Origin: Yuukianura sp. NJ FZ-2021
Taxonomy: Eukaryota
DNA length: 64,000 nucleotides
Reading direction: 5' to 3'
Assembly (NCBI GenBank): GCA_046563655.1
Contig: CM102290.1
Span: 1-64,000, forward strand
The notes beneath the pieces were generated by a model. That model was not told the DNA's origin and made no database searches. It was given only the letters and a program-made list of their open reading frames with translations. Of this stretch, positions 62,427 to 64,000 are shown one piece after another; positions within the stretch are counted from its first letter, which is position 1; the number at the start of each line of letters is the position of its first letter. A program made the translations under genes and the position numbers.

Positions 62427-64000
62427 AAAATTGTGCCGTCGAAATTGAGGCGTTGAAATTGTGCCGTCGAAATTGAGGCGTTGAAATTGTGCCGTTGAAA
62501 TTGAGGCGTTGAAATTGTGCTGTTGAAATTGAGGCGTTGAAATTGTGCTGTTGAAATTGAGGCGTTGAAATTGTGCTGTCGAAATTGAGGCGTTGAAATT
62601 GTGCCGTCGAAATTGAGCCGCTGTAATAATTCCAGATGCCACATGCGCACTCCGTTTAAATGGAATGGAAAAACATTCAGGGCCGTATGTTTATCGACTT
62701 TGGGCCACTCTGTTGAATAAATTTGAACACAGCTTATCAATTATACTACATATTTGGATTACTGGTTCCGTTAATTAGTTAATACTTTTACTGAATTAAT
62801 CATCCTTTCATTAGAAAACATTTTTTACCTGCTAAAATTGATATTAGAATAGGAAACAAAGATAATTAAATGATTAAATCAAATTATATAATTAATATTA
62901 ATATATATAATATGCAAACACTAATGCCAATTATGTGATATATAAGTATATGTTTAGCGAAATTATGTTTTCGTTGTTTCGTCCTTAATGATTATGTATC
63001 TTTTATTCAACTTTTCTGAAAAAGAAAGTAATTGGATAAGTATAAGTTATATAATATAATAATTAGAGATACACTCATATAAAACATATAATTAGTATTG
63101 ATGTATGCATATTAATTCTATAATCTGATTTAGTCGTCTATTAGCTTTTGTTTCTTATGTTTCATAACAGTTTTAATTAGTAATCAAAATGCTTTTTTAC
63201 TAAGAATATTACTAATTTAGTAAAAAGAATAACTAATTAACGATTCATAAACCATAGATCCGTTTAAGTGTTTGAAATGGTGAATTGAGTTAATCAAATT
63301 GGTCCAACAGATGGGCCGAATCTTGGTAGCACACGGCCCTGAATGTTTCTGTATTCCCAAACAGGGAGGACACATGCGCAGTCCGTCCTTAAAGAAGAAC
63401 AATACACAAAGAGTCCTGTGCCACCCAGTTTTTGCCTTTGTAAGAAATAACTTCCGAACTAATTATAAAATGCAATGCACATGCGTACATTACCAGGTTT
63501 GTTATTCATTTCTTCATCAGAAGAATAAATAAATAAATTAAATAAATGATTATACAATTTTATTTATTATATCCATCGCTCACTATATGATTTTATTATG
63601 AACTATTATTATTATTATTATCTATTATCATTATTATATTATTATTCATATATAGTATTATTATCATTATTATTATATGATATAACATATTACATATACA
63701 TAATATAATATATATACGTTATATTATATACATATTTATTATTTATTATTTTTATAATTAATTAGCAAAACTGGTAATGTGCATTTCATTTTGTAACTTC
63801 TGATGTTATTTCATGCAAAGGCGAAAACTCAGTGGCGCACGACTCTTTGTCTTTTGGTATTCCCTAAGAGCCTACTGCGCATGTGGCATCTGGAATTATT
63901 ACAGCGGCTCAATTTCGACGGCACAATTTCAACGCCTCAATTTCGACAGCACAATTTCAACGCCTCAATTTCAACAGCACAATTTCAACGCCTCAATTTC
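62427..64000. mobile_element. Foldback/MULE-like structure: inverted arms with 28-bp (14+14) tandem subrepeats, runs off the window end
   Basis: GAAATTGTGCCGTC/GAAATTGAGGCGTT array + CCGCTGTAATAATTCCAGATGCCACATGCGCA (to 62649), inverted at 63876-64000. Confidence 0.65.

Overview
Left end of an arthropod (probably crustacean/copepod-like; inference from TTAGG telomere, short introns and an SVWC gene) chromosome from a nanopore assembly. An untrimmed ONT native barcode (1-41) precedes ~600 bp of (CCTAA)n telomere, then a ~14.9 kb 40-bp subtelomeric satellite, A-rich degenerate repeats, a tRNA-headed Pol III-like unit and a ~172-bp repeat. From 18 to 43.3 kb lies a patchwork of mostly truncated, frameshifted or chimeric genes (l(3)mbt-like, LCLAT1, RMDN, HIBCH, vasa-like DEAD/BED chimera, CTDNEP1, GTF2E2, RAD51C), split by an 8 kb 49-bp satellite with higher-order repeats. 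Apparently intact genes follow: myotrophin, an SVWC protein, a PRPF39 gene spliced in frame to an ALKBH3-like dioxygenase, and RBM26/27, with nested hAT/MITE/LINE-ORF1 elements. The main discoveries are the PRPF39-ALKBH3 fusion; the subtelomeric satellite being the expanded array of a dispersed element that also occurs at 55 kb; a fixed-spacing bipartite promoter motif coupled to E2F/CHR sites; and a Vasa-like half-helicase fused to a BED finger. Exon models were spliced by eye and no database searches were run.
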